In this document: piece by piece, positions 63,696 to 64,000 of the stretch
Layout: each line of letters begins with the position of its first letter
Numbering within the stretch: the first letter of the stretch is position 1
Source: an uncultured Verrucomicrobiae bacterium
GTDB taxonomy: Bacteria; Verrucomicrobiota; Verrucomicrobiia; Chthoniobacterales; UBA10450
Length of the DNA: 64,000 nucleotides
Direction of reading: 5' to 3'
NCBI GenBank assembly: GCA_963815455.1
Contig: CAWFGO010000001.1
Coordinates: forward strand, 64,001 to 128,000
Program-made: the position numbers and the translations under genes
The notes under the pieces: generated by a model
What the model was told of the DNA's origin: nothing
The model's input: only the letters and a program-made list of their open reading frames with translations
Database searches by the model: none

Positions 63696-64000
63696 GTGGA
63701 CTCGACGAGCACGAATGTTCCCGCCGAGGTGGAGCGGAAAATGGATGAAGCGATCGCGCGCTATCCGCAAGATCGACAACGGAGCGCGGCGATGCCGCTG
63801 TTGCATCTCTGGCAGGAACATTTCGGATTCATCAACGACGATGCGGTGACCTGGATCGCAACTAAGCTCGGGCTTCAGCCGATCAATATTCTCGAGCTGG
63901 TCACGTTTTACCCGATGTTTCGCACTGAAGCGGCGGGCAGAACACACATCCGGGTCTGCCGCACGCTGAGCTGCGCCATGGCGGGCGGTTATCAGGTAAT
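63696..64000 (+). CDS. nuoE: NADH-quinone oxidoreductase subunit E, 5' part
   Basis: Manual translation ...IARYPQDRQRSAAMPLLHLWQEHFG...VTFYPMF...IRVCRTLSC; truncated by window. Confidence 0.92.
   Translation, partial: MDSTSTNVPAEVERKMDEAIARYPQDRQRSAAMPLLHLWQEHFGFINDDAVTWIATKLGLQPINILELVTFYPMFRTEAAGRTHIRVCRTLSCAMAGGYQV

Overview
Bacterial chromosomal window of moderately high GC. Gene content and repeat style suggest a soil Verrucomicrobiota (Chthoniobacterales-like) genome; this is an inference. Most of it is housekeeping: xth, infA, two pilT paralogs, lptE, bamD, serS, PBP1A, purH, ruvB, xseA, glgB, cysE, cysteine desulfurase, prfB with its programmed frameshift, eno, ispD, fabD, nuoD/nuoE and tRNA-Gly(CCC). 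About nine genes carry clustered frameshifts, probably long-read consensus errors. Main candidates for new biology: (1) a closely coupled four-gene operon of secreted proteins (17.2-21.7 kb) with a minimal secretin-like domain fused to an unknown Cys/Gln-motif domain, possibly thioester-like, that is repeated in the next gene; (2) a PaaX-like gene with a Cas2-like core, bracketed by 36-40 bp palindromes with covarying arms, plus a third solitary copy 30 kb away; (3) several palindromic repeat families, including a RAYT transposase with flanking REP doublets, nested elements and in-frame insertions into proteins; (4) an atypical class III cyclase paired with a DUF4062-TM-TPR protein. All domain calls are by eye from motifs; no database search was run.
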